This document shows positions 9,153 to 18,882 of a stretch of DNA of 64,000 nucleotides, piece by piece. Source of the stretch: an uncultured bacterium (GTDB lineage Bacteria > Muiribacteriota > Ozemobacteria > Ozemobacterales > Ozemobacteraceae). The position numbers and the translations under genes are program-made. How positions within the stretch are numbered: the stretch's first letter is position 1; the number at the start of each line of letters is the position of its first letter. The notes beneath the pieces are model-generated. The model was not told the origin of the DNA and searched no databases. It saw only the letters and a program-made list of their open reading frames with translations. The DNA lies in contig CAYYUI010000002.1 in assembly GCA_964474705.1 (NCBI GenBank), positions 5-64,004 on the forward strand, read 5' to 3'.

Positions 9153-9702
9153 CCGCTGGGTCAGGATAAGCCGGGCAGACGGTCAGGCAGGCTCCGCAGC
9201 CGGAACATTTTTCCGGTGCGATGACTGCGGCATGGCCTGTTTCAGGAATAACGACTGCAACCGGATTTGCCGGGCATTTGTCGATACAGGCCCGGCATGG
9301 TTCGCCGCTGCTGCGCAGGCAGTTGCCTGGCTTGATGCCGGCAATGCCGATTTTATGTAACCGGTCGGAATTTTTGATCGACAGTGCGCCGCTCTGACAG
9401 GCTTCAATACATGGAAAAGCTTCACAGAACCGGCACCAGGCCTCGCCGCTGCGCAATGCCGGGGTGCCAAGATCGAATTCGTTGCTCATCGTTACCGGCT
9501 TCAGAGCAAAATGCGGGCAGGCTTTAATGCAGGCACCGCAGCGTCGGCATTTTTCGAGGAATTCTTTTTCGGGGCAGGCACCAGGCGGGCGCACCAGTTC
9601 TGGAAACCTGGCGGCAAAACTGCTCAATTCTTCGTCGAAGGCGGTGTCGATGCCTTCGAGAAGATCGAGAAGATAGTCTTTGAAAAAGCGCTTTCGGTCC
9701 AT
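9133..9702 (-). CDS. 4Fe-4S ferredoxin-type multi-cluster protein
   Basis: Four Cys clusters of CxxCxxCxxxCP type (CRRCGACIKACP, CRFCEAFPCIEAC, CRACIDKCP, CSGCGACLTVCP). Confidence 0.75.
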   Translation of the reverse strand: MDRKRFFKDYLLDLLEGIDTAFDEELSSFAARFPELVRPPGACPEKEFLEKCRRCGACIKACPHFALKPVTMSNEFDLGTPALRSGEAWCRFCEAFPCIEACQSGALSIKNSDRLHKIGIAGIKPGNCLRSSGEPCRACIDKCPANPVAVVIPETGHAAVIAPEKCSGCGACLTVCPAYPDPAVILRPL

Positions 9703-9704
9703 TG

Positions 9705-10553
9705 CTATGGCTTCACTGAACGCTGCCGTTCGGTCAGCAGTTCGATGAGTGTTTTGATTTCAGCCTCATCAGGCTGCCAGCGCCACAGCCACTGGTAGTT
9801 GCCATCGCGGTCGACTTCAATCAAGTATGAGGTGCCGTCCATACCGATTTTACTGACCTGATTGCCAAGGCTTTTAAATTCGGCCGAAGAAACGGTATCG
9901 ATCAATCTTTGCAGGTCGTTGTCGCTGAAAGTGAAAGTTGCGATGCCGTTATTCTGGTGTGTACCGGGGAAAATTCTGCCGATGCCGGTTTTCAGGTTAA
10001 CTTCATACGCCGCTGCTACTATACCCATCGGTTGAATGACGAGACGCAGACTATCTCCGGCAATTGGAAGCCAGTTGTGTTTTCTGGCGTAGTCAGCAAT
10101 GAACGCCAGGCTTGCCGATTGAATTCCGGCAGGAATTTTCGGAAAAATAACCGGCGGTTCGTCATTGTTATCGTTAGTCGAAAAGTTCGGTTTGGCGAAA
10201 GTGGCAATACTTCCCCAATAAGCTTTGCTGAAATTGCCGTTCTGTTGTTTCAGAAAAAAAACGCCGGTATCGCCGATTTTGAGACGCGGGTCAAAATCTT
10301 TGATGCCGCCGCGGGTGCTCAAGGTAAGCCTGATAACCGGGCTGGCTATTTCGCCTTTGATCACTGAATGGACTCTGATGGAAAGATCGTCGAGATTGGC
10401 ATTGTTTTGTTCGGCAACTTCGATTACTTCCCCGAGAATGATCGCGTCTGAGCAGTCTGGCAGCTCACGCAGAGGCAACCGGGCAATGCTCGAAGCGCAG
10501 GCGGGAAGGGCGATCAGGATTGTACAGACCAGCAACAGAATTAACTTTGGCAT
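9705..10553 (-). CDS. secreted hypothetical protein
   Basis: 282 aa. N-terminal signal peptide (LILLLVCTILIALPACASS). Its stop is 2 nt from the downstream ferredoxin start, so the two are probably cotranscribed. Confidence 0.55.
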   Translation of the reverse strand: MPKLILLLVCTILIALPACASSIARLPLRELPDCSDAIILGEVIEVAEQNNANLDDLSIRVHSVIKGEIASPVIRLTLSTRGGIKDFDPRLKIGDTGVFFLKQQNGNFSKAYWGSIATFAKPNFSTNDNNDEPPVIFPKIPAGIQSASLAFIADYARKHNWLPIAGDSLRLVIQPMGIVAAAYEVNLKTGIGRIFPGTHQNNGIATFTFSDNDLQRLIDTVSSAEFKSLGNQVSKIGMDGTSYLIEVDRDGNYQWLWRWQPDEAEIKTLIELLTERQRSVKP

Positions 10554-10706
10554 GATTTTTCCTTTTAAAGCGCAGCTTTGCAGATATGTCTTAAACTGCC
10601 CCGTTTAATTTTTGTAACATGAGAAAATATTATACAACCTGACGATGTTGTACCAAAAGATTTTGCGGCATAAGCTGAATGCCATAGAAAAAAAACGCTT
10701 TATCCA

Positions 10707-10735
10707 TTGACATCAATGGCCGAAATACTTAGAAT
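10707..10735 (+). promoter_or_regulatory. near-consensus sigma70 promoter (TTGACA-17-TAGAAT) upstream of the C25 peptidase gene
   Basis: TTGACA at 10707..10712, a 17-nt spacer, then TAGAAT at 10730..10735. This predicts a ~155-nt 5' leader before the GTG at 10897. Confidence 0.45.
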
Positions 10736-10896
10736 GATTGAATCAAGGCATTCATCCACCCATTTGTACCCTGTGCAAAATTGCTGCAGGCTGATAGTTG
10801 TCTGAATGCCGGCACTCGGGAAGCATCTTTTCCCACGGTGGCTCGGGCCGTTTTCCGGGCGCAGAGTATGAAGTAAAACTGGAAAGGGGACAAGTA

Positions 10897-12717
10897 GTGA
10901 AAAAAATTATTGCGTTACTGGCTATGGTCGTTCTGATCAGTGGAGGGGCTTTTGCAGGTGAGATAGCTCTCGATGGTCAGGGTTGTGGTCTGAAGGTCGT
11001 CTCTCAGAAGGCGGCAGGCAGCAAACTGAATTTGCGCATGAAATGCGCCATTGACAAGCTCTATACCTACGATGCCGAAACACCCAAGGGTGATTTCACC
11101 GTTCTTTATTCGCCCAATTTTTATTTTGGCGGCGAATACGGCGCTCCGCAGCTGCCGGTAATCAATAAGCTCATTCAGGTTCCTTTTGGTGCCAATCTCA
11201 AAATCGAAGTCAAGAGCTACGACACCCGTGAATACAATCTGGCTGATTTCGGCGTTTCGGCTCCGGTTTTCCCCCGCCAGCCATCTGCCCCAAAAGACGG
11301 TTCAGAAGTTCCGTTTGTTTATGAAAAGTCAGCTTACATCAGCAAGGGTTTCAATGGCGTTCAGATGACCTCTATTCAGGATGCCGGCGTAATGCGCCAT
11401 ATGCGCCTTGCCAACCTGACCATCGCTCCGGTTAAATATGATGCCACCTCGAACAAGATCGTTGTGTACAACAACATCGATTTCGAAGTTGTCATGACCG
11501 ATGCCGATATGGACACCACCAAAGCCAAGCATGACGCCCTCTGGTCACCCGCTTTCGCCTGGATGGAAAGAATGGTTACTGTTCCTAACGCTCTCAAATA
11601 TGGCAAAAGAGCCAACAAACAGGGCTATGTAATCGTTTCTGACCCGGCCTTCAAGAAAGAAATCGAAACCTTCGCCGCCTATAAAACCGAAAAAGGTTAT
11701 GCCGTTAAAGTCGTTTATACCGACCAGTTCGGCACTGGCGCAGCAATCACCAATAACCTCAAGACCTATCTGCATGGCCTTTACAACAACCCGACTGCCG
11801 ATTTCCCGGCTCCGAGCTATGTATTGTTCGTCGGCGACCACGAACAGGTTCCGGCTTTCAAAGGCCAGACCGGTTCACACATCACCGAACTTTATTATGT
11901 AGCAGTTACCCCGGGCGATTTCCTCCCCGAAATGCTCACCGGCCGCTTCTCGGCTAAAACCGTCGATCAGCTGATTCCGCAGATCGAAAAGACCATGGAA
12001 TACGAAAAATTCCAGATGCCTGATCCTTCCTTCCTCGACGACGCAGTTCTGGTCGCCGGCTGGGATGGCAGCTGGGCAAGAAGCCATGGCTGGCCCCACA
12101 TCAATTATGCTACCAAGTATTTCTTCAACAAGGAACACGGTTTCAAGAACCTCTATGTTTCTCTGTCAGCCGGTTCGCAGATGAATACCGCCGCAATCCT
12201 GGCTGCTGTAGCCAAAGGCGTTTCATACGTCAACTACACCGCTCACGGTTCAGCAACTTCATGGGCTGACCCCAGCTTCAGCATCAGCAATATCGAAAAG
12301 CTCGGCAACAAAGGCAAATATCCGCTCGTCGTCGGCAACTGCTGTCTGACCAGCAAGTTCGAAACTCCGACCTGCTTTGCCGAAGCATGGCTGAGAACCA
12401 AAGATGCCGGCGCTATCGGTTACATCGGCGGCACCAACAGCACCTACTGGGATGAAGATTTCTGGTGGGGCGTAGGTCTGCACTCAATCGTTAAACCGAA
12501 CAATGACGGCGTTCCTCCGCTGAAGGAAAACACCGGCGTCGGCGCTCTCGACGCCCTGTTCGAAACCAACGGTGGCATCAGCAATGCCGGTTTCATGGTT
12601 GCCGGTAACCTGGCCGTCGAAGCCTCTACATCCAGCCGCAAACAGTACTACTGGGAAGTCTATCACCTCATGGGTGACCCCTCTCTCGTAACTTTTGTCG
12701 GTCATCCCAAAAAATGA
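10897..12717 (+). CDS. secreted cysteine peptidase, family C25 (gingipain-like)
   Basis: Signal peptide VKKIIALLAMVVLISGGAFAG after a GGAAAGGGGA SD. Catalytic His and Cys motifs typical of C25 (YVNYTAHGS...; VVGNCCLTSKF), plus YVLFVGDHEQVP. The track's start at 10798 lies upstream of the RBS. Confidence 0.75.
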   Translation: MKKIIALLAMVVLISGGAFAGEIALDGQGCGLKVVSQKAAGSKLNLRMKCAIDKLYTYDAETPKGDFTVLYSPNFYFGGEYGAPQLPVINKLIQVPFGANLKIEVKSYDTREYNLADFGVSAPVFPRQPSAPKDGSEVPFVYEKSAYISKGFNGVQMTSIQDAGVMRHMRLANLTIAPVKYDATSNKIVVYNNIDFEVVMTDADMDTTKAKHDALWSPAFAWMERMVTVPNALKYGKRANKQGYVIVSDPAFKKEIETFAAYKTEKGYAVKVVYTDQFGTGAAITNNLKTYLHGLYNNPTADFPAPSYVLFVGDHEQVPAFKGQTGSHITELYYVAVTPGDFLPEMLTGRFSAKTVDQLIPQIEKTMEYEKFQMPDPSFLDDAVLVAGWDGSWARSHGWPHINYATKYFFNKEHGFKNLYVSLSAGSQMNTAAILAAVAKGVSYVNYTAHGSATSWADPSFSISNIEKLGNKGKYPLVVGNCCLTSKFETPTCFAEAWLRTKDAGAIGYIGGTNSTYWDEDFWWGVGLHSIVKPNNDGVPPLKENTGVGALDALFETNGGISNAGFMVAGNLAVEASTSSRKQYYWEVYHLMGDPSLVTFVGHPKK

Positions 12718-12739
12718 TCTGAACTCTGTTCAATAAAAA

Positions 12740-12771
12740 GTGCCGTGTCATGTCGACACGGCACTTTTTTT
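12740..12771 (+). terminator. rho-independent terminator
   Basis: gtgccgtgtc-atgtc-gacacggcac forms a perfect 10-bp GC-rich stem, followed by TTTTTTT. Confidence 0.65.
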
Positions 12772-12876
12772 CGATCTTTTTGTAGCGATTAAAACCTCAG
12801 AATGCTAAGATTGATATGTAGGCCAACTCTCCTTTGCTGCCAGCCCGGCAAAAGATAATCAGAGAAGGAGCGAAGC

Positions 12877-14154
12877 TTGGATAACGCTACAAAAATTATT
12901 TCTTCTCTCTACAACCTCTGGGACAGCTACTTTGGCGATCTGCAGGTCACCCGATTCGGCCCCGCTTTCGATCAGACGATGCTTGCCACTCTTGTTTTCA
13001 TCGCGGCATCCATCGTTCTGGCTTCATTGTTCCGCAAGGTGCGCCGCCGGGTTGAAGGCCTCAAAGACCGGGCTGATTTCAATCTGACCCTGGGTGACCT
13101 CACTCTTGTATCCGCTGTTGAACTGACTGATTTTCTACTGCTGGTCAACCGCCTTTTGCGCACCATTCTGCTGCTGTTTGTTTTTTTATGCTACGTAACT
13201 CTGGTAACCGGCTTTTTTAAGGCAACCCGCGGTTTTGCAACCGCTGGACTTCGCTGGATGCTTGGAGCCGTCACCGATCTTGGCCGCACCATCGTTTCAT
13301 GGTTGCCCGGTCTGGCGGCGATTCTGCTGATCGCTTTCATCACCGTTCATGCCGTCAAGCTGATGCACCTGATCATGGGGGCGGTCGAACGCGGCCGGGT
13401 GTCGCTGCCCGGGTTCCATAAAGACTGGGCCAACCCGACCGACAAGCTGATGAGTTTTCTGATCATTGCTCTGGGTATCGTTCTTGCAGCGCCTTTTCTA
13501 CCAGGATTCGATTCTCCGGCTTTTCAGGGAGTCACAGTATTTCTCGGTGTTTTGCTGTCGCTTGGCTCTACCGCTGCTGTGGCCAACGTGGTCGCCGGCG
13601 TGGCGCTCATCTACATGCGGGCCTGTCGTTCAGGTGACCGCGTTAAAATTGGTGATATCGAAGGAATAGTGCTCGAGACCGGGTTGCTGGTCACCCGCGT
13701 TCGCACGATCGAAAATCAGGTGATCACCATTCCAAACGGTCTGGTTCTCGGTCAGCCGGTAGTCAATCTTTCTACCCTCGCCGAAACTGAAGGAGCGGGC
13801 ATGAGTGTTGACATGACCCTTGCCTACAACATTGACTGGCGGGTGGCTCATCGCCTGATGCTGGCTGCGGCTCAAAAGACCGAAGGTATTCTGGCGACAC
13901 CGGCTCCTTTCATAACTCAGCGCGAATTCGGGGAACTGGCGGTCGCGTATCGTCTGCATGCCTATACCCGTGACGCGAACCGGCTTCCAGGCATTCATTC
14001 AAAACTGCGGGCCAACGTGCTTGATGCCTTTTATGAAGCCGGTGTGGAAATACTCGTGCCTGCGTATGAGGCCAGCCGTGACGGCAGCGGGCCAATTCTT
14101 CCCGACGGCCGGCCGGTGGCTGAAGCGGGTCGTAAGGAAGGCAAAGTTTCCTGA
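12877..14154 (+). CDS. mechanosensitive ion channel, MscS family
   Basis: MscS signature GVALIYMRACRSGDRVKIGDIEGIVLETGLLVTRVRTIENQVITIPNGLVLGQPVVNLS. Several N-terminal TM helices. AGGAG SD before the TTG start. Confidence 0.8.
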   Translation: MDNATKIISSLYNLWDSYFGDLQVTRFGPAFDQTMLATLVFIAASIVLASLFRKVRRRVEGLKDRADFNLTLGDLTLVSAVELTDFLLLVNRLLRTILLLFVFLCYVTLVTGFFKATRGFATAGLRWMLGAVTDLGRTIVSWLPGLAAILLIAFITVHAVKLMHLIMGAVERGRVSLPGFHKDWANPTDKLMSFLIIALGIVLAAPFLPGFDSPAFQGVTVFLGVLLSLGSTAAVANVVAGVALIYMRACRSGDRVKIGDIEGIVLETGLLVTRVRTIENQVITIPNGLVLGQPVVNLSTLAETEGAGMSVDMTLAYNIDWRVAHRLMLAAAQKTEGILATPAPFITQREFGELAVAYRLHAYTRDANRLPGIHSKLRANVLDAFYEAGVEILVPAYEASRDGSGPILPDGRPVAEAGRKEGKVS

Positions 14155-14172
14155 TTCTTTAAAGGCTTCGGC

Positions 14173-14466
14173 TCAATACTCTGAATGGTAGCCGGAATCT
14201 ATTTTCTGGCCACACTTCGTACATTGATAGATAATCATGTCGTCGCCATCGCAAATCTCCATGCTGCCGCCGCATTTGCGGCAACTGACCCTGATGAGTT
14301 TACTGAAAATATAGAGCAGGGCGACCCAGACCAGGGCAGCGATACAAATGGTAAGTTCAATATCGTAGCTCCAGGTTATTGCGATCCAGTATGAAACAGC
14401 GAGGGCGGGAAGTGCGGTCAGCATGCCAACCAGTCTGATCAGGCCAATCTTGTTATTGGGACTCAT
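14173..14466 (-). CDS. membrane protein with C-terminal zinc-ribbon (CxxC...CxxC)
   Basis: Two TM helices followed by CRKCGGSMEICDGDDMIIYQCTKCGQKI. Confidence 0.5.
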   Translation of the reverse strand: MSPNNKIGLIRLVGMLTALPALAVSYWIAITWSYDIELTICIAALVWVALLYIFSKLIRVSCRKCGGSMEICDGDDMIIYQCTKCGQKIDSGYHSEY

Positions 14467-14505
14467 CTGATAATTTTCTCTCTTATTCTGGATTTTCGAC
14501 GCTCA

Positions 14506-15099
14506 TTATCGGCACCTTTGCGGCGTAGCAGGGAGATCTTCGAGTTGTTGCAATGCCTGCCGCAGCAGAGGGTCTGAAACAAGTTCCGCCTCATCGATAT
14601 TCAGTTTTGCAGCCAGTGCGGCAAGCAAACATTGGTAAAGCTGTTGGTGGGTAAGCGTCTGCATGCTGGGCTCTGCGCTCATATTACGAAGAACCGTTCT
14701 GGTTATTGTCGAGAATCGTGAATTGGCAAAGGTCAGAGCCAGGCCGCCGATTACCAGGCTGATTGCAATGAAGATGGCGAGGGTGATCAGGTCTTCTTTC
14801 GAATGGATGACCCAGGCGGCGGGAGCGGCAATCAACGTGGTGATCATTAGCAAAAGGTTCTGGGTTCGAAGAGACTTCTGCCTGTTGGTGATTATGGCGT
14901 TTACTGCGCTTTGCAATGCAGGATTGCCTTGAAAATCAGGGGCCGGAGTATCGTTCGGGTTATCTGCATCCGGTGAAGAAGCAGGATCACAAATGTCGAA
15001 GTCTCTGATGCAGTAAGGGCATCTGAGCAAGGTTCCGGTCATGTTATCAGGGACCGTAGTTTCTTTACCGCAAAACTGGCATTTTATCAGCCCTCTCAT
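14506..15099 (-). CDS. membrane protein with N-terminal zinc-ribbon
   Basis: N-terminal CQFCGKETTV...LRCPYCIRDF, then a Pro/Asp-rich linker and two TM helices. Confidence 0.5.
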   Translation of the reverse strand: MRGLIKCQFCGKETTVPDNMTGTLLRCPYCIRDFDICDPASSPDADNPNDTPAPDFQGNPALQSAVNAIITNRQKSLRTQNLLLMITTLIAAPAAWVIHSKEDLITLAIFIAISLVIGGLALTFANSRFSTITRTVLRNMSAEPSMQTLTHQQLYQCLLAALAAKLNIDEAELVSDPLLRQALQQLEDLPATPQRCR

Positions 15100-15423
15100 T
15101 TATTTTCTCCTGAAATCATTATACACGATCTATGCGCCATAATGGCTGTCGGCAAGCAGCGATTATGCCACAAAAACCTTGCTTGTTATGATAAGAATCG
15201 GTTTTAATGTTAGCGCTCAATAAACAGCTTCTTACAATTTTTTGCCAGCCAGGGCTTCTGCCTGAATCAAGCTTCAACAAAGGGGTTTTTATGGCGCGGA
15301 AAAGAGTCAATGACGGAACAGATCGCAACCGCCCGCTGCCGGCCGCGGCACCTACAGATATTGCGCGAGAGTGGTCTTGCCCAGGTAGAAGCATAGCTTG
15401 AAATCAACAGGCGGTTTAGGAAG

Positions 15424-16059
15424 ATGGGAGAAAATATGACAAGAAAAGTTCTGTTTTTTTTGCTGTGTATCGTGACCGGAAGTGTTGCATCTTCTGCAAA
15501 CCCGGCCAGTCGCGCCGAAATGATAAAAAAATATGGCCCGGTTCCTTCTGCCATACTTGAACCATCTGAACGAAGCGACATAACTTCGTTTTATTCAATA
15601 TGTTGGACGGTCATGGAAAAACTGGGAAAGGCAAAGGTCCATCATCAGTACCGGGATAAAACATGCTTTGCCTGTCAGCGGGTATTGAAGGGTGCCATTG
15701 ATTTATATAATCAAGAACACGCTTCACCCGGACAACAGATCGGCAAAATCGACCACAAGGATGTCGTGGATGCAGACAATTCTCTCTACACCCAGAAATA
15801 TTTGAAGAGCGTTCCGCTGATGGCAGATTCAAAATGCCGGATGCACAGTTACGGAGATCTGGCAACAGATGGGATTATTTACTGCGAATATCACGGAACT
15901 GATCCGATGGTGGCAAAAGAACTTCGCGCCCTCAGTGGCTACACTCTAGCTTCCGAAATTCAGCTGCGCAGGCAAATTCTGATCGTCGTTGGAATATTGT
16001 TAGCGGTATTTCTGATGCTGTTCAGCTATTTTCGCGCCCGGGCCAATCGCGTGCAGTAA
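15424..16059 (+). CDS. secreted Cys-containing protein with C-terminal TM anchor
   Basis: Signal peptide (VLFFLLCIVTGSVASSA). C-terminal hydrophobic helix ILIVVGILLAVFLMLFSYF. Confidence 0.5.
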   Translation: MGENMTRKVLFFLLCIVTGSVASSANPASRAEMIKKYGPVPSAILEPSERSDITSFYSICWTVMEKLGKAKVHHQYRDKTCFACQRVLKGAIDLYNQEHASPGQQIGKIDHKDVVDADNSLYTQKYLKSVPLMADSKCRMHSYGDLATDGIIYCEYHGTDPMVAKELRALSGYTLASEIQLRRQILIVVGILLAVFLMLFSYFRARANRVQ

Positions 16060-16307
16060 TGAGCCTCTGAAGCCAGCCATTTCGGCTCGATAGCAGCTGA
16101 AAATCGAATTGAATTTTGTCTGGCCTATAACACATCTACGTTCCAGACTGAAAAATGTAAGCGAAACTTATGAGGAAAATGCCGGGACGTTTCGTTTAGA
16201 ATCAACAGCATGATTCAAAATAATTCGATAAATCAGTCAAAACAAAGTTCATTCTAAATTAACTGCAGAATTGTTCTAAATCAATGTGCGAAGCAACAGA
16301 AGGCATC

Positions 16308-16358
16308 GAAATTAAATGATTAATCATGAATTTTAATTTGCATTGAATGAAATTAAAT
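16308..16358. repeat. 10-bp direct repeat GAAATTAAAT x2 flanking the palindrome ATTAATCATGAATTTTAAT, in an AT-rich promoter region
   Basis: Read directly: copies at 16308..16317 and 16349..16358. A further direct repeat TTCTAAAT x2 lies at 16252..16259 and 16273..16280. Confidence 0.5.
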
Positions 16359-16392
16359 TGTCATTTTGAAGAGTATGCCGGAGGAATTTGTT

Positions 16393-18882
16393 ATGGAAAA
16401 CTGGATCTTTTTGGGAATGTCTCCCGCTATTTTTGCTTCTTACCAAAAGCTTTATCGAAAAATGACTGCAAAAAATGAATTTGCCAGGCCTGATTCCCCG
16501 CAAATTAAATGCTTTAAAGCCTGCTTTCTTATGTGTATTTTTATTTTGATATCGTCTGCAAGCTTCTGTGAATATGCTGATTTTTCAAATTGGCATTTTC
16601 CAAGCCCGCCGCAACAAAGCATAGCCTGGAACCCTGGCGCAACGAATTTGTCTAATGAAGTGATTCTTGCCATGCGACAATTGTTTGAACTTGGTCTGGC
16701 CGACCCGCGCGGCTGTGAATACAAAACGGTTCAGGTAGAAACAGGCAGCGTATGGGCGCATTGCCCAATTATGATCACTACCAGAGGTTGGGTTCTTCCA
16801 GAATCGCCAAATTCAAAATGTTCTGAAAAATGGGTGATCTGCTGGAATGGGCTTTTGTATCCTGTGGCCTCAATGGGACCTTCGATAGACCTGGCTGCAG
16901 ACGTAGAAGAAATGCTGCAAAAGTCCATTGACTTGCCCGAAGATCGCAGAGACATAAGCGTTACCGGAAACATGAATACGGGAGTGACCACAAGATACCG
17001 TGACTTTAGATGTCATTCCATTCCCGAAAAATACGCCATCGATTACCATTTTTTAACACCATTGAAGGCGTTTCTTGTTTACCGGGCTGGTCATGAGAGT
17101 TTGGCGGAAAGAATGTGGCGAGAATATTATCGGTCATGTGATAACGTCGATGAATACCCATTGCTTCCAGTAATCATGGAATGGGTATGGTATCAGTGGG
17201 ATCGGGCAGTCTGTGCACATATGCGCGCCGATGATCGAATTGCATTGCTTACAGCCAGAAAGCTTCTACCAACTCTTAAGGTTGATGAAAGCGGCTGGAA
17301 AGATTGTCGACTTCCAAACTGGCGATTTGGCGGCGGATTGGATTGTTTTTCCAATCCCCGGTTTCTGACATTTGCAACTGGTTGTTCAATGCTTTTAATA
17401 GATCATGAAAGAAGATTGTGGGAAAAAACCATGAAGAATTTCTGGCATGCCGATCTGTGGAAAAAGATCAGCCAGAGTCTTAATCTTCCTTTGGGTGAAA
17501 CAGAACACTCTGAAGTTAAAACGCTGATCAAAAACCTTGAAAATGCACAGATCTGCCAAAGTGGACAACCGGGCTGGCTTGAGTTCGATCAGGCCGAAAC
17601 GGTTAGAAAATTGTCCGAAATTGGTGATGACGCAGTGGAGCCTCTGTTGCAAAGTCTTGAGACTGATGATCGCCTCTCCAGATCAGTATCATTCGGTCGC
17701 GACTTTCATTTCGATCGTAGTTTTTTACCAGTTTCAAGTCTTATTGATTACATCTTAAGTAGAATTTTAAGAACAAATCATAAGTTTCAAAAAGGCAGCA
17801 CAAAGCCTACCAGAAAAGAATATGTAGCCGCGATTCGTTCATACTGGCAGAAATTTAGAAATTGCTCAGTTCCCGAAAGAAGTTTCATAATACTGCAGGA
17901 TGACCATGCTTCAATAGGACAATGGGTAGAAAGTGCAAACGTTTTAACCAAAAGCGTCGATCAGGAGTTAGTTCCAAAAGGCTTTGGCTGGCAGACTGTT
18001 TATCAACCAAAGCCAGGACAACTGCCACCAATGACCGGCGAAAAATTTCGCACTGGTGTGACACCTACTCTGACAGAATTGCTTGAAAAAAGAAGTCAGC
18101 AACTTGCAACGATTATTCAAAATGGGGCTGAAAACCGTTATTCGGCAGAAGAAGCCTATCCCACCATTCTTTACGACAGATGCAAATGGGAACCGGAAAA
18201 AGTATCGCAGATTCTTGATGAATATGCTTCGACAACAAAAAACACAAGAGAAGCATGGGAACCAAACTCTGATTTCTGTCGAAAACTGAACTATATTTTT
18301 GAGATTAGCAAATTGGCCTGGAGAGCAGGCTATGAAGACGGCATTATCTGGACCGTTTCATACATTAGTTCGTTAAAATTTCATCCTGAACTGGCTGAAA
18401 CTATTACTGAGTTTTTTTCAAGCTGCGTTAAATCTAATATTGCAGAAAAATTTCTGAGGGAATCTATTGAAACAGGTAATAACCAATGGTCAGAATATTT
18501 TCGAGCCGATATCTGTCGCGACCTTAGTGTCTGGAGTAATTATTCCCGCTTAATGGTGGGACTATTTTCTCCTTTTTTCAGATATTGGCGTAGCTTATTC
18601 AGCATTTCCAAAATTGCTGGCCATATCAAGCCTCAATTTCTCCCCAGAACTTTTTATCGCGCCGAGGTTTCAATCGGTGAAAATCTAATTTATGTAAAAC
18701 GATATCAGGGCGATGATATTTTCTGGCCTAAGGAAGACACCACCGTCGAGTTCTCTATTGGCGATCTGCTTTGTCAGCTTGTGTGCGAACTTACTTACAC
18801 AGCAAAATTTAGAGTTTTTTGGCCTCAGCCCGTAAAGGAATTTGCAAGAAAACGTTGCTTTGATATCTGGTTTTGGGAATAA
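16393..18882 (+). CDS. large Trp/Cys-rich hypothetical protein with N-terminal signal/TM segment, encoded in a low-GC island
   Basis: Long ORF with GGAGGAA SD 8 nt before the ATG at 16393. GC content is visibly lower than in the flanks. One HEAT-like segment (AVEPLLQSLETDDRLSRSVSFG). No family recognised. Confidence 0.6.
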   Translation: MENWIFLGMSPAIFASYQKLYRKMTAKNEFARPDSPQIKCFKACFLMCIFILISSASFCEYADFSNWHFPSPPQQSIAWNPGATNLSNEVILAMRQLFELGLADPRGCEYKTVQVETGSVWAHCPIMITTRGWVLPESPNSKCSEKWVICWNGLLYPVASMGPSIDLAADVEEMLQKSIDLPEDRRDISVTGNMNTGVTTRYRDFRCHSIPEKYAIDYHFLTPLKAFLVYRAGHESLAERMWREYYRSCDNVDEYPLLPVIMEWVWYQWDRAVCAHMRADDRIALLTARKLLPTLKVDESGWKDCRLPNWRFGGGLDCFSNPRFLTFATGCSMLLIDHERRLWEKTMKNFWHADLWKKISQSLNLPLGETEHSEVKTLIKNLENAQICQSGQPGWLEFDQAETVRKLSEIGDDAVEPLLQSLETDDRLSRSVSFGRDFHFDRSFLPVSSLIDYILSRILRTNHKFQKGSTKPTRKEYVAAIRSYWQKFRNCSVPERSFIILQDDHASIGQWVESANVLTKSVDQELVPKGFGWQTVYQPKPGQLPPMTGEKFRTGVTPTLTELLEKRSQQLATIIQNGAENRYSAEEAYPTILYDRCKWEPEKVSQILDEYASTTKNTREAWEPNSDFCRKLNYIFEISKLAWRAGYEDGIIWTVSYISSLKFHPELAETITEFFSSCVKSNIAEKFLRESIETGNNQWSEYFRADICRDLSVWSNYSRLMVGLFSPFFRYWRSLFSISKIAGHIKPQFLPRTFYRAEVSIGENLIYVKRYQGDDIFWPKEDTTVEFSIGDLLCQLVCELTYTAKFRVFWPQPVKEFARKRCFDIWFWE

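Noticed and set aside
15291-15401. 36-aa Arg/Pro-rich ORF (MARKRVNDGTDRNRPLPAAAPTDIAREWSCPGRSIA) with AAGGGG SD in the 15100..15423 intergenic region
   Set aside because: Short, low-complexity, and no conservation evidence. It sits in a promoter region where chance ORFs are common. Kept out of the features.
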